From Candidatus Poribacteria bacterium (lineage in GTDB: Bacteria > Poribacteria > WGA-4E > WGA-3G), in the NCBI GenBank assembly GCA_965214095.1, contig OZ243938.1, positions 2,208,001 through 2,272,000 of the forward strand: DNA of 64,000 nucleotides. Direction: 5' to 3'. Position numbers and translations under genes: made by a program. The notes below the pieces were generated by a model. It had not been told where the DNA came from. It saw only the letters and a program-made list of their open reading frames with translations, and made no database searches. Of this stretch, positions 19,532 to 29,311 are shown one piece after another (positions within the stretch are counted from its first letter, which is position 1; every line of letters begins with the position of its first letter).

Positions 19532-20677
19532 TTAAAACTTTAATCCTACACTAACACGATGTGCGTCATTCAGGTATCCGAAATCTGCGAATGCGTAATC
19601 CAACAATAACATAGTGTTACCAAACTTTAAATGTATTCCCAAACCGAGAGTCAACCCCTCTTCATCATCACTGTGGTCAGGACCTAAACGGAATTTATAG
19701 CCTGCCCGAAGTGCCGCCATCTTTCTGTACCAGTATTCTGCGCCGAGATTCAGACGTTCACTGTTGTCATTTGGATGGTTACCATCAAGTGCGATAGTGA
19801 GAAGGTTGCTTTCATCATCAATTAAATCATAAGCGACTCCGAGTCGGAAATTTGAAGGCAGCGGAAATTCAACGGTATCCAACTCCGCTTTAACCGATGG
19901 ATTCGTTGTATCTGGGTGCGGTGTATATTCTGCCAGTTGTTCATTTCCCGCAACTTCGGTACCCGACTCAAGATCAGGACCGCTGAAACGCATCTCAGGA
20001 CCAAAATTAGAGAAAGACATCCCGATCCGGAGGCTACGCCATCCTGTATGATATAGGGTGCCAACATCTAAAGCAACGCCTCTGGCACTTTCCCGATGAA
20101 TCTGCTGATGGATATATTTGGCATTGATACCAAAGGAGAGATTAACACCGGATTCTTTTTGATAGAGTTGTCTGGAATACGCTACCGAGACTGCAGTATC
20201 CCACGCGGAATACCAAAGTCCAGTGCCATCAGGGAAGTCAAGATTAGTGATTTCCGTATCGGGAACGTTGAGGAAAGTTACACTTGCCCCTAACGTTCCG
20301 ACCTTTTCTATTGGTATTGCAAAAGCGAGATAGTTGTATCGCACGTCCGCAAGCCAAATCGTGTGTGTATCTGAAAAGCTTGTCTTTTCAAGCTGACTCA
20401 AACCTGCTGGATTCCAATAGATGGTCGTAACATCGTTGGCAATTGCACCAAATGCACCGCCTAAACTATCGACACGAGCACCCGGTCCGATCTTGAGAAA
20501 TTGTGCCCCCGCAGTTCCCACATTCGTTGTCGCATAACTGGGAACTATCAGTGAAAATATGAGAGCCACCATGAGAATAAACGTGAATAATGGAGTATGA
20601 TAGCACTGCGTATCTGCTTTTCGTCCCTTTGTTAACCTACAGTCCTGTCCATCTTGATATAAAGTAACATTGTGCAT
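19532..20677 (-). CDS. PorV/PorQ-family outer-membrane beta-barrel protein
   Basis: GTAGAQFLKIGPGAR...GGAF.AIAND...YWNPAGL. C-terminal DYAF..FG.L...HRVSVGLKF. Confidence 0.85.
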   Translation of the reverse strand: MHNVTLYQDGQDCRLTKGRKADTQCYHTPLFTFILMVALIFSLIVPSYATTNVGTAGAQFLKIGPGARVDSLGGAFGAIANDVTTIYWNPAGLSQLEKTSFSDTHTIWLADVRYNYLAFAIPIEKVGTLGASVTFLNVPDTEITNLDFPDGTGLWYSAWDTAVSVAYSRQLYQKESGVNLSFGINAKYIHQQIHRESARGVALDVGTLYHTGWRSLRIGMSFSNFGPEMRFSGPDLESGTEVAGNEQLAEYTPHPDTTNPSVKAELDTVEFPLPSNFRLGVAYDLIDDESNLLTIALDGNHPNDNSERLNLGAEYWYRKMAALRAGYKFRLGPDHSDDEEGLTLGLGIHLKFGNTMLLLDYAFADFGYLNDAHRVSVGLKF

Positions 20678-20701
20678 GTGTATCTCCTTAATCGTGTTCC
20701 T

Positions 20702-23700
20702 TTATCGGATGATTGCAAATCGTCCGACCTTATTTCCGATGACTTCATCATTTTCATCTTGTGCTTCAACATGAAAGATATAAACACCACTGGCAAGAGC
20801 TTGATTATAGCGGTTGAGTAGATCAAATTCCGCTGTCCCACCTTTGTCTCCTTGTGCTAATCGTTCATCAGGACTGAATGCATCGGTGCTGTCGTGTTTG
20901 ATTTCACGCACCAATTCCCCTGCCAACGTATAGATTCGGATTGTGCAATGTGGTGGAAGTCGCATGAAGAAAATCTTATCTGATCCTTCAACAGTTTCCG
21001 CTTTGTTTGTAACAAAGTATGGGTTTGGAACGACCCGAATGCGATCGAGATCTTCTTTGATATTATCTGCTTCAAGCGATTCTTTTTCTGTGGTGAGTAG
21101 CTGCTCATCTCCGTTCTGTGGTGCGCTGATACCTCCCATTTCAACAGTAAATACATCACCAGCAGAAATCCCTCCATTCGGATCAAAAATGTAAACATAA
21201 GCACCACGAATGAATATCCTGAAGAATCCTTCTGTGTCCTGAGGTACGTATTCATCGCTCCAGCCTGCCCCTGTTAGGATGGCATATCCATCAGCACGTT
21301 GGTCATTGAACTTAATTTCTTCACCCGTAGTTTCGTCTACGACTTTGACATGCGTATCGTCTGTAAACGTAATGGTGTAGGTGTGTGGACGGTAATAGGT
21401 TGACCACCAGACGTTGGGCCATGTGTTTTCGCCAAAGCCGGGGGACTCTATTGTCGCTGACCAGCCTGCGACTGTACCTGCGGTCAGTTGGACATCGTTA
21501 ATCGGATTTTCCGATGGAGTGCCGTAAGAAATGTCAACTCCTGTCAGTTTCAATATCACCCCATCAAACATTGGGGTACGGACTTCAACAGCCTCTTGAT
21601 GTTCCGGGTCATACCAACCAAAACTTTGCTTTTCAACGACCGTTTGATTTGTTGTTGTGTTGACAATCTCATAGGTAGGAGGTAGGTAGCCAGGACCTGT
21701 GATGTATGCCGCCGCTCCAGTCTGTTCAGCACCATACCAAACAATCTTATATTGATGTCCAGTAACTTTGTCTGGTGCTATCACCATGGGTTCAACAGAA
21801 ACAGTTACATCCCCGTTTGGCACCAATTCAGCGGTAGGTTCTTTATACCCGGCAGGATGTGCGCGTGGAACAACATGAACCATCGTTTCAATTTGGCTGC
21901 TTTCCATTGCTGGCAGTGCCTTCTTAGGGTTACCTGTATCGTAAGAGGTAACCGCATAAGTATATTGGATGCCATTGGTTAAGCCAACGTCTGTATAGAA
22001 ATTCTTGATACCCGAATCTTCACCAAGTGCCTGGGATGTAGTTGAAACGACTTGGAAAATATCCCCAGCCACGGGTGGTCCTTCAGGTCCATCCGTAATT
22101 GTAACATATAATCCACCGAAATATATCTGTTCACCAGAGCGGTATGTTCCATCAGGATGCGGTTCACCTGTATCAGGATTCTTGACCACAACATACCCTC
22201 CTCCATTTGCTGGGAATTCGGGGTTATATGTCATCACTTCCCAAAGTGTTGTATTTATTATCTCGAATTCTGTGCTGGAATTGAATTTGATAGCATAGGT
22301 CGCATTCTTGAAGAAATCTGCGAAAAAGGGTTCATCTCCCATGTTTTCAATAGTAGCATCCGACTGCTTGCCAACGTGTGCGACAGTAAAGTAATTACCA
22401 GTAGCACTCGGTTGATCAAACTCCATCAATAATTCCCAATCTTCCACAGGTTTGCCAGTGTTTTCATCATAAGCAGTATCCCGTCTATAAACCCTATAAC
22501 CTTCAAATATCTTCTCTGAATCGGTGGGATCAACATATTCTTCAATATTCTTTTCAACTTCGTTATCCACCCATAGACCAGTACTATCCCATACGAGAGA
22601 GACCTGTCCATCTGCAGGATAAGCCGTTACCATCGGTGAGGGTGGTGGAGCTGGGGCAATGTAATCATCGTCATATAACTTCTGTGCCCAATCTGATGCT
22701 ACCTGTAAACCTGCTAAACCTTCGCCAATAGCCACTGCTACAATGACATTAAATGTCTGACCAGGGGCAAGTGTTTGAATTGGACCGTATGATTGGATAA
22801 ATCGTTGGTCGTCATAGTTCGCCGGAAGTGGTTCAACCCCGGGCGTACTGATAAGCGCATACATCTCAGCATCGGTTGTTGGATCTGTGTCAATAGTAAT
22901 CCGCTTGTGTGCAGTAAAAGGTATTTTAGCTATTTCATCTTCTGAATTCTCACCCAAGTACGCATCAAGCACACGTAAACCGATGTATCCCGGTGCAGAG
23001 GCGTTAGAAAACCCGTAAGAGAGATAACGGTTGGGATGATCACCTGGATTGAGACTGTCGGGTGTTTGGTCTAAAGCAACGAAGTCATCTGCTGAGTAAC
23101 TTGCTGTTCCTGTCTCGTTACTTGAGACATCCACATCATAACGAAAAGCCATGAAAACATCTTCAAGTGTGTCGCTACCTACATTTTTGACATTATACTC
23201 AAGAATAAAGAAGTCATAAAGTGGTGCATAACTCCATTGAAATCCGTTGACTTCAAGTTCTAATCCGAGTATCAACCCTTTATTTGCTTCAGGATTAGTA
23301 TCAGTGCATTTGAAGCGAATAGATTGGTTTGTCGGTGTGCCTTTTGTGGTTACACCGGGTTTGCGAATATACACCTCATCTCTTGTTCCATATATTGTTG
23401 GGTCAAATTCTTCATCAGTTATATGGTCAATAGGCCAGATTTCACTCTGTCTACCATCTGACTCGGCGACACCAACTTCACCATTCCTTTTCGCACCGAT
23501 CCAGATGTCACCTTCAAAGATGTAGGAATCGTTTGTACCTGCTGGCCACCACCCTGATGGATTGGCTGTTGGATTCCTTGGATATCCAACGACTGTTGTG
23601 TTGAAAATAGCAGAGGACAAATTTCCTACGTCCAATGCTTTCCAATCTTCACCTGCATTCACCGAAAATGCGGTAAATGCTAAGACCGTAAATAATAGAC

Positions 23701-23719
23701 TATATCGCAGTATCTTCAT
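20702..23719 (-). CDS. Large secreted protein with Fn3-like modules and a T9SS/FlgD-like C-terminal domain
   Basis: Signal peptide. APPPSP.V....DG.V.L.WD, FEGYRVYR, LTNG.QY.YAVTSYD. CTD IRVVPNPY...IRIYTLAGELVREI.H...ASGVYIFHVE. Confidence 0.82.
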   Translation of the reverse strand: MKILRYSLLFTVLAFTAFSVNAGEDWKALDVGNLSSAIFNTTVVGYPRNPTANPSGWWPAGTNDSYIFEGDIWIGAKRNGEVGVAESDGRQSEIWPIDHITDEEFDPTIYGTRDEVYIRKPGVTTKGTPTNQSIRFKCTDTNPEANKGLILGLELEVNGFQWSYAPLYDFFILEYNVKNVGSDTLEDVFMAFRYDVDVSSNETGTASYSADDFVALDQTPDSLNPGDHPNRYLSYGFSNASAPGYIGLRVLDAYLGENSEDEIAKIPFTAHKRITIDTDPTTDAEMYALISTPGVEPLPANYDDQRFIQSYGPIQTLAPGQTFNVIVAVAIGEGLAGLQVASDWAQKLYDDDYIAPAPPPSPMVTAYPADGQVSLVWDSTGLWVDNEVEKNIEEYVDPTDSEKIFEGYRVYRRDTAYDENTGKPVEDWELLMEFDQPSATGNYFTVAHVGKQSDATIENMGDEPFFADFFKNATYAIKFNSSTEFEIINTTLWEVMTYNPEFPANGGGYVVVKNPDTGEPHPDGTYRSGEQIYFGGLYVTITDGPEGPPVAGDIFQVVSTTSQALGEDSGIKNFYTDVGLTNGIQYTYAVTSYDTGNPKKALPAMESSQIETMVHVVPRAHPAGYKEPTAELVPNGDVTVSVEPMVIAPDKVTGHQYKIVWYGAEQTGAAAYITGPGYLPPTYEIVNTTTNQTVVEKQSFGWYDPEHQEAVEVRTPMFDGVILKLTGVDISYGTPSENPINDVQLTAGTVAGWSATIESPGFGENTWPNVWWSTYYRPHTYTITFTDDTHVKVVDETTGEEIKFNDQRADGYAILTGAGWSDEYVPQDTEGFFRIFIRGAYVYIFDPNGGISAGDVFTVEMGGISAPQNGDEQLLTTEKESLEADNIKEDLDRIRVVPNPYFVTNKAETVEGSDKIFFMRLPPHCTIRIYTLAGELVREIKHDSTDAFSPDERLAQGDKGGTAEFDLLNRYNQALASGVYIFHVEAQDENDEVIGNKVGRFAIIR

Positions 23720-23784
23720 ATAAACTGACCTCCATGTTACAGTGCTTGAACACAAATCATCTAAACAGAAATGTTATAGAGAAT

Positions 23785-24159
23785 TTATGAAGCAGCTTGT
23801 AACGAATATGGTTGAATTAAAATATCCGCAGGAATTCCAAGACCTTTGTGTAATCTACGAATCATGTCCAAAGATAATGTGAGTTGTCGATTCAAGATGT
23901 CTGATACAGAGGAGCGGGAACCAAGATAGGGAACAAGGTCCTGCTCAGAAAGACCTTGACTCTCCATGTAATGAAGAATAGCATCAATTGGATCTGTTTG
24001 TGGTATAGGGTGATGTTCTTCTTCATAAGCCTCCACAAGTGTGACAAGTACATCAAGCATATCACCTTCTGGTGAACCATAACCCGCGTCCCAAAGTAGA
24101 TCTATACTTTTTAGAGCAGCATCGTAGTCTGCTTCTGTTTTAATCGGTTTAATTTTCAT
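23785..24159 (-). CDS. higA: HigA-type HTH antitoxin
   Basis: MKIKPIKTEADYDAAL...LVTLVEAYE...DPIDAI...G.RS.VS.ILNR...LSL.MIRRLH..LGIPADILI. Confidence 0.9.
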   Translation of the reverse strand: MKIKPIKTEADYDAALKSIDLLWDAGYGSPEGDMLDVLVTLVEAYEEEHHPIPQTDPIDAILHYMESQGLSEQDLVPYLGSRSSVSDILNRQLTLSLDMIRRLHKGLGIPADILIQPYSLQAAS

Positions 24160-24168
24160 GTCAATCCC

Positions 24169-24462
24169 TCAGACCGTAGTAGAGTCAATCTTATTAAATT
24201 CTTCATGTGTCCCGATAAATCGGATATAGACAATACTCTATTGATATCTTATTGTTACTACTAAACGGTAGATATTTCCCTTAATGTTGAATACTACACG
24301 GTTATTTGCGAGAAAACTTGCATTTCGATAAGCGTTCTTTACATCTGAAGGTGTTTTCCACTCTGCACGTTTCACATAATTGTACCATGCTTGGAGCGGA
24401 CGCTCAGCATCTGGATGTTTGGACCAATATTCCCTTAGTGCACGACGTGATATTATCCTCAT
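24169..24462 (-). pseudogene. higB: HigB toxin with internal TAG stop
   Basis: MRIISRRAL...RVVFNIKGN.YRLVV..., then TAG at 24238-24240. The same frame continues SIVYIRFIGTHEEFNKIDSTTV to TGA at 24169-24171. Confidence 0.85.
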
Positions 24463-24510
24463 ACCTATATTATACCATATAAAGTAGGGTTTTCACTTCA
24501 GCAAAAAATA

Positions 24511-26457
24511 TCATTCTGCTTCTGTGATTTCAAAAATCCTATACCTCTGTTTATTGCCATTACCAACGTCTATTTCTTCTTCAATATACAGCGGATAACT
24601 GTACTCTCTATCTGTAACAGAGAATAGATATGGAATAGCACCAGCCTGTCGTGCCTCCTTTGCTTTCGTTTCAAGAATTTTTTGTTCGGCATCGTTTGTG
24701 ATTTTCAGTGGATATGTTGACCTATCAGCATAATACATCAAATCAAAATGTGCACCTGTTCGCTGCTCATCAAGGAAAAAACAGACATTTTTTGGCATCT
24801 CCTGTTGAATACGTTCACCACTTTGGACATATAATGGAATCTGTGCATTACGTTCAGTAACATTGTAGGCTGCCTGGACATACCTCCCCGCATAAAACAG
24901 CGCAAGCATAAGTGCAACAACACGCACCCCCATCCATACCCATCTCTGCCACTCTTTTTGACGTAATAATTGATAGACACCAAAGAAAATTGCAAGTAGC
25001 AACCCAAATGCCATCAGTTGCTCAACAATGATGAAGTGTTTGTGTATGAAAGGTGCAAAACCTTTGATGTTATCAAATTGAAGAAAGCCTATTCCTTTCC
25101 CACTTACTGCTAAAGATAACCACTTTCTGTTATGAACAAGTGTGCCTCCAATGGATATAACGGCAATAGACAGCATCATCCCACCCCAAATTGCTGTCCA
25201 GAACCAGCCTTGTTGTTCTGCTATCATACTACCTCTTGGTGGAAACAGATTGCTCGCCATAGATTCGGTATCTCGGTGTTGATATGCCCTACTGATGATA
25301 GCTGCCAAACACATTACCAATGCTGGCACGGAAATCATTGTCGCAGATGGAGTTTTCGTTTGTGCAAGTGTGTGTGGCAAAATTACACCGATACCCCACG
25401 CCAAAACAAACAGTTCCGATAATCGCCAATGCCTGAACCTGACTACAAGCAAGCATAACACAGCTGCAAATATTGCAGCATAGATGAATGGATAGAACAG
25501 TGGCATATATTCAAACAATGGTCGGTCCCATGACGCTGCCCAACCTTCAACATTCGTATTGAGATGGTCAAGAACGCGTTTATGTTCCCATATAAATTCC
25601 TTCGGATATTTTATTAAACAATAGATTGTCCAAGGTGCGACAGTCCCAACACCAGCAAGGAGTTGTATGACGACATCACTGAGTCGAATCTTCACATTTT
25701 CTTCATCTGATACGGCTTCACCTACTTTTTCTTGAGCCTCTAACGGAGTCGTTTGAATTCTTTTCGCTCTGTATTTGCGTATTATCCGTTTGCATAACGC
25801 AACAGACCAAACGACAGCAGCAAGACCGAATGTAATCAGTGCCAGATAACTCTTTGAGAGATAAGCGATTCCCATCGCCACCCCTGATAGGATATAATTC
25901 CTCCTTTTGCCGCTGCGTATGCCACGAAGCAAAAACCAACACGATACTTGCACCCATAGAAGCAACGCAATATCTATGTGATCCGAATAACGATAACCGT
26001 GAACTGAAGCAAAGAGAAAAGGATTAAACGCCTGAAGGAACGCTGCGATAAGGCCTGCACGTTTATCAAATAGATCAGAAGCGATCCTAAATGTCAACCA
26101 TGCTGACAGCATAAGACTGATGGCAGATGGCAAACGTAGTGCGAAAGCGTTGATACCAAAGATAAAGTGTGATAGACATATTTGCCACATAGCCACAGGT
26201 GGTTTGTGTAGCCAGATGTGGTTGTTTCCCCAATGTTTGTAATCATATTCAAGCCACGGTTGATCGTAAAGCGTGAATTTTAACGGATGTTTTGTTAGAT
26301 TCCGAGCGACTATCGCATGAAAACCTTCATCCCAAAAGTGGATCTTGCTGTGTCCAAGGTTTCGCAATACTAATACAAAAGATGCAATCAGAATACATAA
26401 GAGTATTATTTTTATATGTATATTTTTGCTATTTATGAATGAGTTCTCAAAAATCAT
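24511..26457 (-). CDS. ArnT/PMT-like GT-C membrane glycosyltransferase
   Basis: WDEGFHA, HKPP..MW, FG.N.FALRLPSA, LSKS. Many TM helices. Confidence 0.82.
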   Translation of the reverse strand: MIFENSFINSKNIHIKIILLCILIASFVLVLRNLGHSKIHFWDEGFHAIVARNLTKHPLKFTLYDQPWLEYDYKHWGNNHIWLHKPPVAMWQICLSHFIFGINAFALRLPSAISLMLSAWLTFRIASDLFDKRAGLIAAFLQAFNPFLFASVHGYRYSDHIDIALLLWVQVSCWFLLRGIRSGKRRNYILSGVAMGIAYLSKSYLALITFGLAAVVWSVALCKRIIRKYRAKRIQTTPLEAQEKVGEAVSDEENVKIRLSDVVIQLLAGVGTVAPWTIYCLIKYPKEFIWEHKRVLDHLNTNVEGWAASWDRPLFEYMPLFYPFIYAAIFAAVLCLLVVRFRHWRLSELFVLAWGIGVILPHTLAQTKTPSATMISVPALVMCLAAIISRAYQHRDTESMASNLFPPRGSMIAEQQGWFWTAIWGGMMLSIAVISIGGTLVHNRKWLSLAVSGKGIGFLQFDNIKGFAPFIHKHFIIVEQLMAFGLLLAIFFGVYQLLRQKEWQRWVWMGVRVVALMLALFYAGRYVQAAYNVTERNAQIPLYVQSGERIQQEMPKNVCFFLDEQRTGAHFDLMYYADRSTYPLKITNDAEQKILETKAKEARQAGAIPYLFSVTDREYSYPLYIEEEIDVGNGNKQRYRIFEITEAE

Positions 26458-26513
26458 CTGTGTTATGCAATTTACCGACCTGTAACTTTCTAATAAGTAT
26501 TATCACCCAGTTT

Positions 26514-27119
26514 TTATAATAAATACAATATCCCAATTCCACCGATGACCATAAACACTCCCGTAATCAGATAAAAGATAAAGGTGATAAGTTTTATTGG
26601 TCCGGATGAAAGACTGAAATGGTTATTCATTTCTGTGACTATTTTTGAAAGCACAGAACGGTGTTCACGTTGTTTAATCTTAATCATTCCTGACCCCAAC
26701 CAAGACTGAATAGCAACTTGCAAATCCGCATCTATAGATGTCAACCGAATGGTAGATAAGGATTCTTCGTAAGGTAACTGAAGTTTTTCAAGAGCAGCAA
26801 GGAGTGCTTCACGGAATGTCGTATCAGTTATGCCATAGGCAGCATATCCTTTCAGAGCGAAAAACATCATGACAAGAACAACAGAAAATATGGCAGGATT
26901 TAGCCAATCCATCAAATCCATGTCATATATCGAAAAAAAGAATGGCATTATTATGCTTGGTACAAAACCAACTAACATGACTAATAACAACCATCTATTT
27001 GATAGCAAGAACGGATTTTTCGTTACAATGCCGCGTAACCCTATAATCAAGAAAAATGCCGCCATCACACCAAACATAATCGGCAAGAAAATTGAATACA
27101 TTTGGATACTAAAGTCCAT
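26514..27119 (-). CDS. Hypothetical membrane protein
   Basis: AAGGAG RBS. About four hydrophobic segments. Confidence 0.7.
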   Translation of the reverse strand: MDFSIQMYSIFLPIMFGVMAAFFLIIGLRGIVTKNPFLLSNRWLLLVMLVGFVPSIIMPFFFSIYDMDLMDWLNPAIFSVVLVMMFFALKGYAAYGITDTTFREALLAALEKLQLPYEESLSTIRLTSIDADLQVAIQSWLGSGMIKIKQREHRSVLSKIVTEMNNHFSLSSGPIKLITFIFYLITGVFMVIGGIGILYLL

Positions 27120-27193
27120 ATTTTTACTCCTTAAACGACTGCGGTAGGTGTGGTTTCTGACATCACATTATTTCACAATTGCTTGTATCAAAC

Positions 27194-28195
27194 TTATACC
27201 CATCCATCTTCAATCATCAGTGTTAGCGGTGATTCCATCTCTTCCATTGGGAATTGGACGCGCCTTCTCTTCCGAGATGACTCATAAATTGCCATAAGAA
27301 GTTCAAGCGTAGCATACCCACATTTACCACTTGAGCGGTGTTCTCGGTCTTCTTCAATGGCAATGATCATGTCTCGTACAGGTGTAATCCCTGGTGGTAG
27401 TTCCGGTGTTGTCCATGCCCCACCGGTTTCTTCGTTTCGGTATCGGATTCCCGGTCCACCGGGAGCTGCAAGTTCTATTTCACCTTCTGTGCCATAGCAA
27501 TAGATATGGTGATAACCTGGGGCAGTGTCGTTGCCAGATTCAATGATGCCACGCACGTTATCTTCAAACTTGAAGTAACCGACTGCAAAGTCTTCGGAGT
27601 GCAAATCATATTTTGTGGGTGTGCCGATACGTTCAATCTGTCCAATCACCCAACTGACAGGAGTGTCACCGTGTAGATACAACATCAGATCAACGGTATG
27701 TGTAGCGTTATCCTTCAGATCACCCCCGCCACAGATGCCGTGAATTCGGAAAAGATCCCCGATAGCACCGTCAGCAATCATTTGTCTTGCATGCTGATAG
27801 GGTGTGCTAAAACGCACCTGATGGTCAATAGCCAACTTCACACCGTTCTCTGAACACGACTCAAGCATTCCTTTTGCTTGTCCGAGGTTCTCTGCCATCG
27901 GTTTTTCTGACAGAATACCTTTCACACCGTGTTTGGCTGTTTCAATCACAAGTGGTGCATGGTGTTTCGGGCGCGTGCAGACAGACACCAGATCTATATC
28001 TTCTGTTTGCAGCATTTCAATGAAATCTGTGTATCGTCCTTCTACTTCATACTTTTCGCCATAGGCATTAAGCCGTTCTTCATCAATATCTGCAATAGCG
28101 GTTATTTTTGCCCGCGGTTCATTCACATACCACCCAGCGTGCATGTGTGAAATCCCGCCGCATCCGATGATCGCAACATTATATATCTTATCCAT
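27194..28195 (-). CDS. Gfo/Idh/MocA family oxidoreductase
   Basis: IIGCGGI Rossmann motif, EKPMA, D..TH.VD. Confidence 0.9.
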   Translation of the reverse strand: MDKIYNVAIIGCGGISHMHAGWYVNEPRAKITAIADIDEERLNAYGEKYEVEGRYTDFIEMLQTEDIDLVSVCTRPKHHAPLVIETAKHGVKGILSEKPMAENLGQAKGMLESCSENGVKLAIDHQVRFSTPYQHARQMIADGAIGDLFRIHGICGGGDLKDNATHTVDLMLYLHGDTPVSWVIGQIERIGTPTKYDLHSEDFAVGYFKFEDNVRGIIESGNDTAPGYHHIYCYGTEGEIELAAPGGPGIRYRNEETGGAWTTPELPPGITPVRDMIIAIEEDREHRSSGKCGYATLELLMAIYESSRKRRRVQFPMEEMESPLTLMIEDGWV

Positions 28196-28213
28196 TGTAA
28201 GTTCCTTTCATTA

Positions 28214-29299
28214 CTATAAGTCAGATTCGTTAAGTTTATTATAGATGTCAGTACCCACACTTACTAATTTCTCTCGGATTTCATCCCAATCATCTCGATC
28301 ATTTTTCCCTTTGTCAAGGACTGGGAATTTAACTCTAATCTCCGTGGATGTGTCTGTGTTTTCATATTTGTAATCTGATTTTGAAAATAATCCGACTACT
28401 TTGTCCCTAAGATGCGAAGGGTTTTCTCCCCAGAAGTATAGTTGAATGTAACATGCCCTATTAACAAGTCTGAACCACATTTCAACATCACCAATTGTCT
28501 TACCCTCCATCCATCCAACATAACGTAGTAATGTCGGTTTCCCAGTGAAAAGTTTTCCGAGTTCACCTTGAAGAATTGGTATCCAAAATTCACTATACTC
28601 ATCATCAATTTTCTCGTTAGTGTTGGCATCATCATCTTTTTGTCCACGCGCGCTAATTTCCCAAATGTATGTGTCAACGTCTCGGACAGAAAGCCCTAAC
28701 TGTGTCGAAGATACTTCTAAGATGTTAAGTGCTTCAAGGGCTGAAACGTCTCGGTCTAAGAGATTTGAAACGAATCTGATAATATGCACATCGGGTTTTG
28801 TGGTATCCGCACCAAAAAGCATGCGAAGGTATTGAAAACCTGCAATGCCAAAACCACTAATGTTCAAATCTTGGTATTCATGTGGTTTAGCATTAATTGC
28901 CCACTGTTTAAGAGTTTTTTCTTCTTGAACATCAGATGTTTCCTCAACGATTTTGCAGACAAAGTCCACAACTGATTGAAGAGTATTTGCGCGATCTTCA
29001 TAATTGAAATTGAGTTCTTGTTGCATAAACGCGTGAGGAGTCGCATAACTTTTCATGAGACTTGCTAATTCGTTTATAGTGCTTATGTCAGGATGTTTCT
29101 CAACGAATGCATCTAACCGTGGGACTACAAACGCGTCGTATTTTCTGTTGAGGGAAAGGACACAGTCAATGACAAGTACTGCAGTTGATCTTGACCACGC
29201 TGGATCTACAGTTCCGTAGCCACGAACATCAGGTCCGAGTCGTCTTACACCTTCCGCAACAGCATCTAAATCAGCCTTTTCAATACCAATGTCCTTCAT
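28214..29299 (-). CDS. Hypothetical protein: HhH/DNA-glycosylase-like N-domain plus DUF4268-like C-domain
   Basis: IDCVLS....Y, ISGFGIA..QYLRML.G....KPDVHI.RFV. C-terminal YSEFW..I...DRDDWDEIREKLV. Confidence 0.55.
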   Translation of the reverse strand: MKDIGIEKADLDAVAEGVRRLGPDVRGYGTVDPAWSRSTAVLVIDCVLSLNRKYDAFVVPRLDAFVEKHPDISTINELASLMKSYATPHAFMQQELNFNYEDRANTLQSVVDFVCKIVEETSDVQEEKTLKQWAINAKPHEYQDLNISGFGIAGFQYLRMLFGADTTKPDVHIIRFVSNLLDRDVSALEALNILEVSSTQLGLSVRDVDTYIWEISARGQKDDDANTNEKIDDEYSEFWIPILQGELGKLFTGKPTLLRYVGWMEGKTIGDVEMWFRLVNRACYIQLYFWGENPSHLRDKVVGLFSKSDYKYENTDTSTEIRVKFPVLDKGKNDRDDWDEIREKLVSVGTDIYNKLNESDL

Positions 29300-29311
29300 T
29301 CTAAATTCTCC

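Noticed and set aside
24238-24240. Genome-wide TAG recoding or pyrrolysine as the explanation for the higB stop
   Set aside because: TAG ends several intact genes here (dgoD, rpsB, cdsA, dxr), and no pyl genes are visible.
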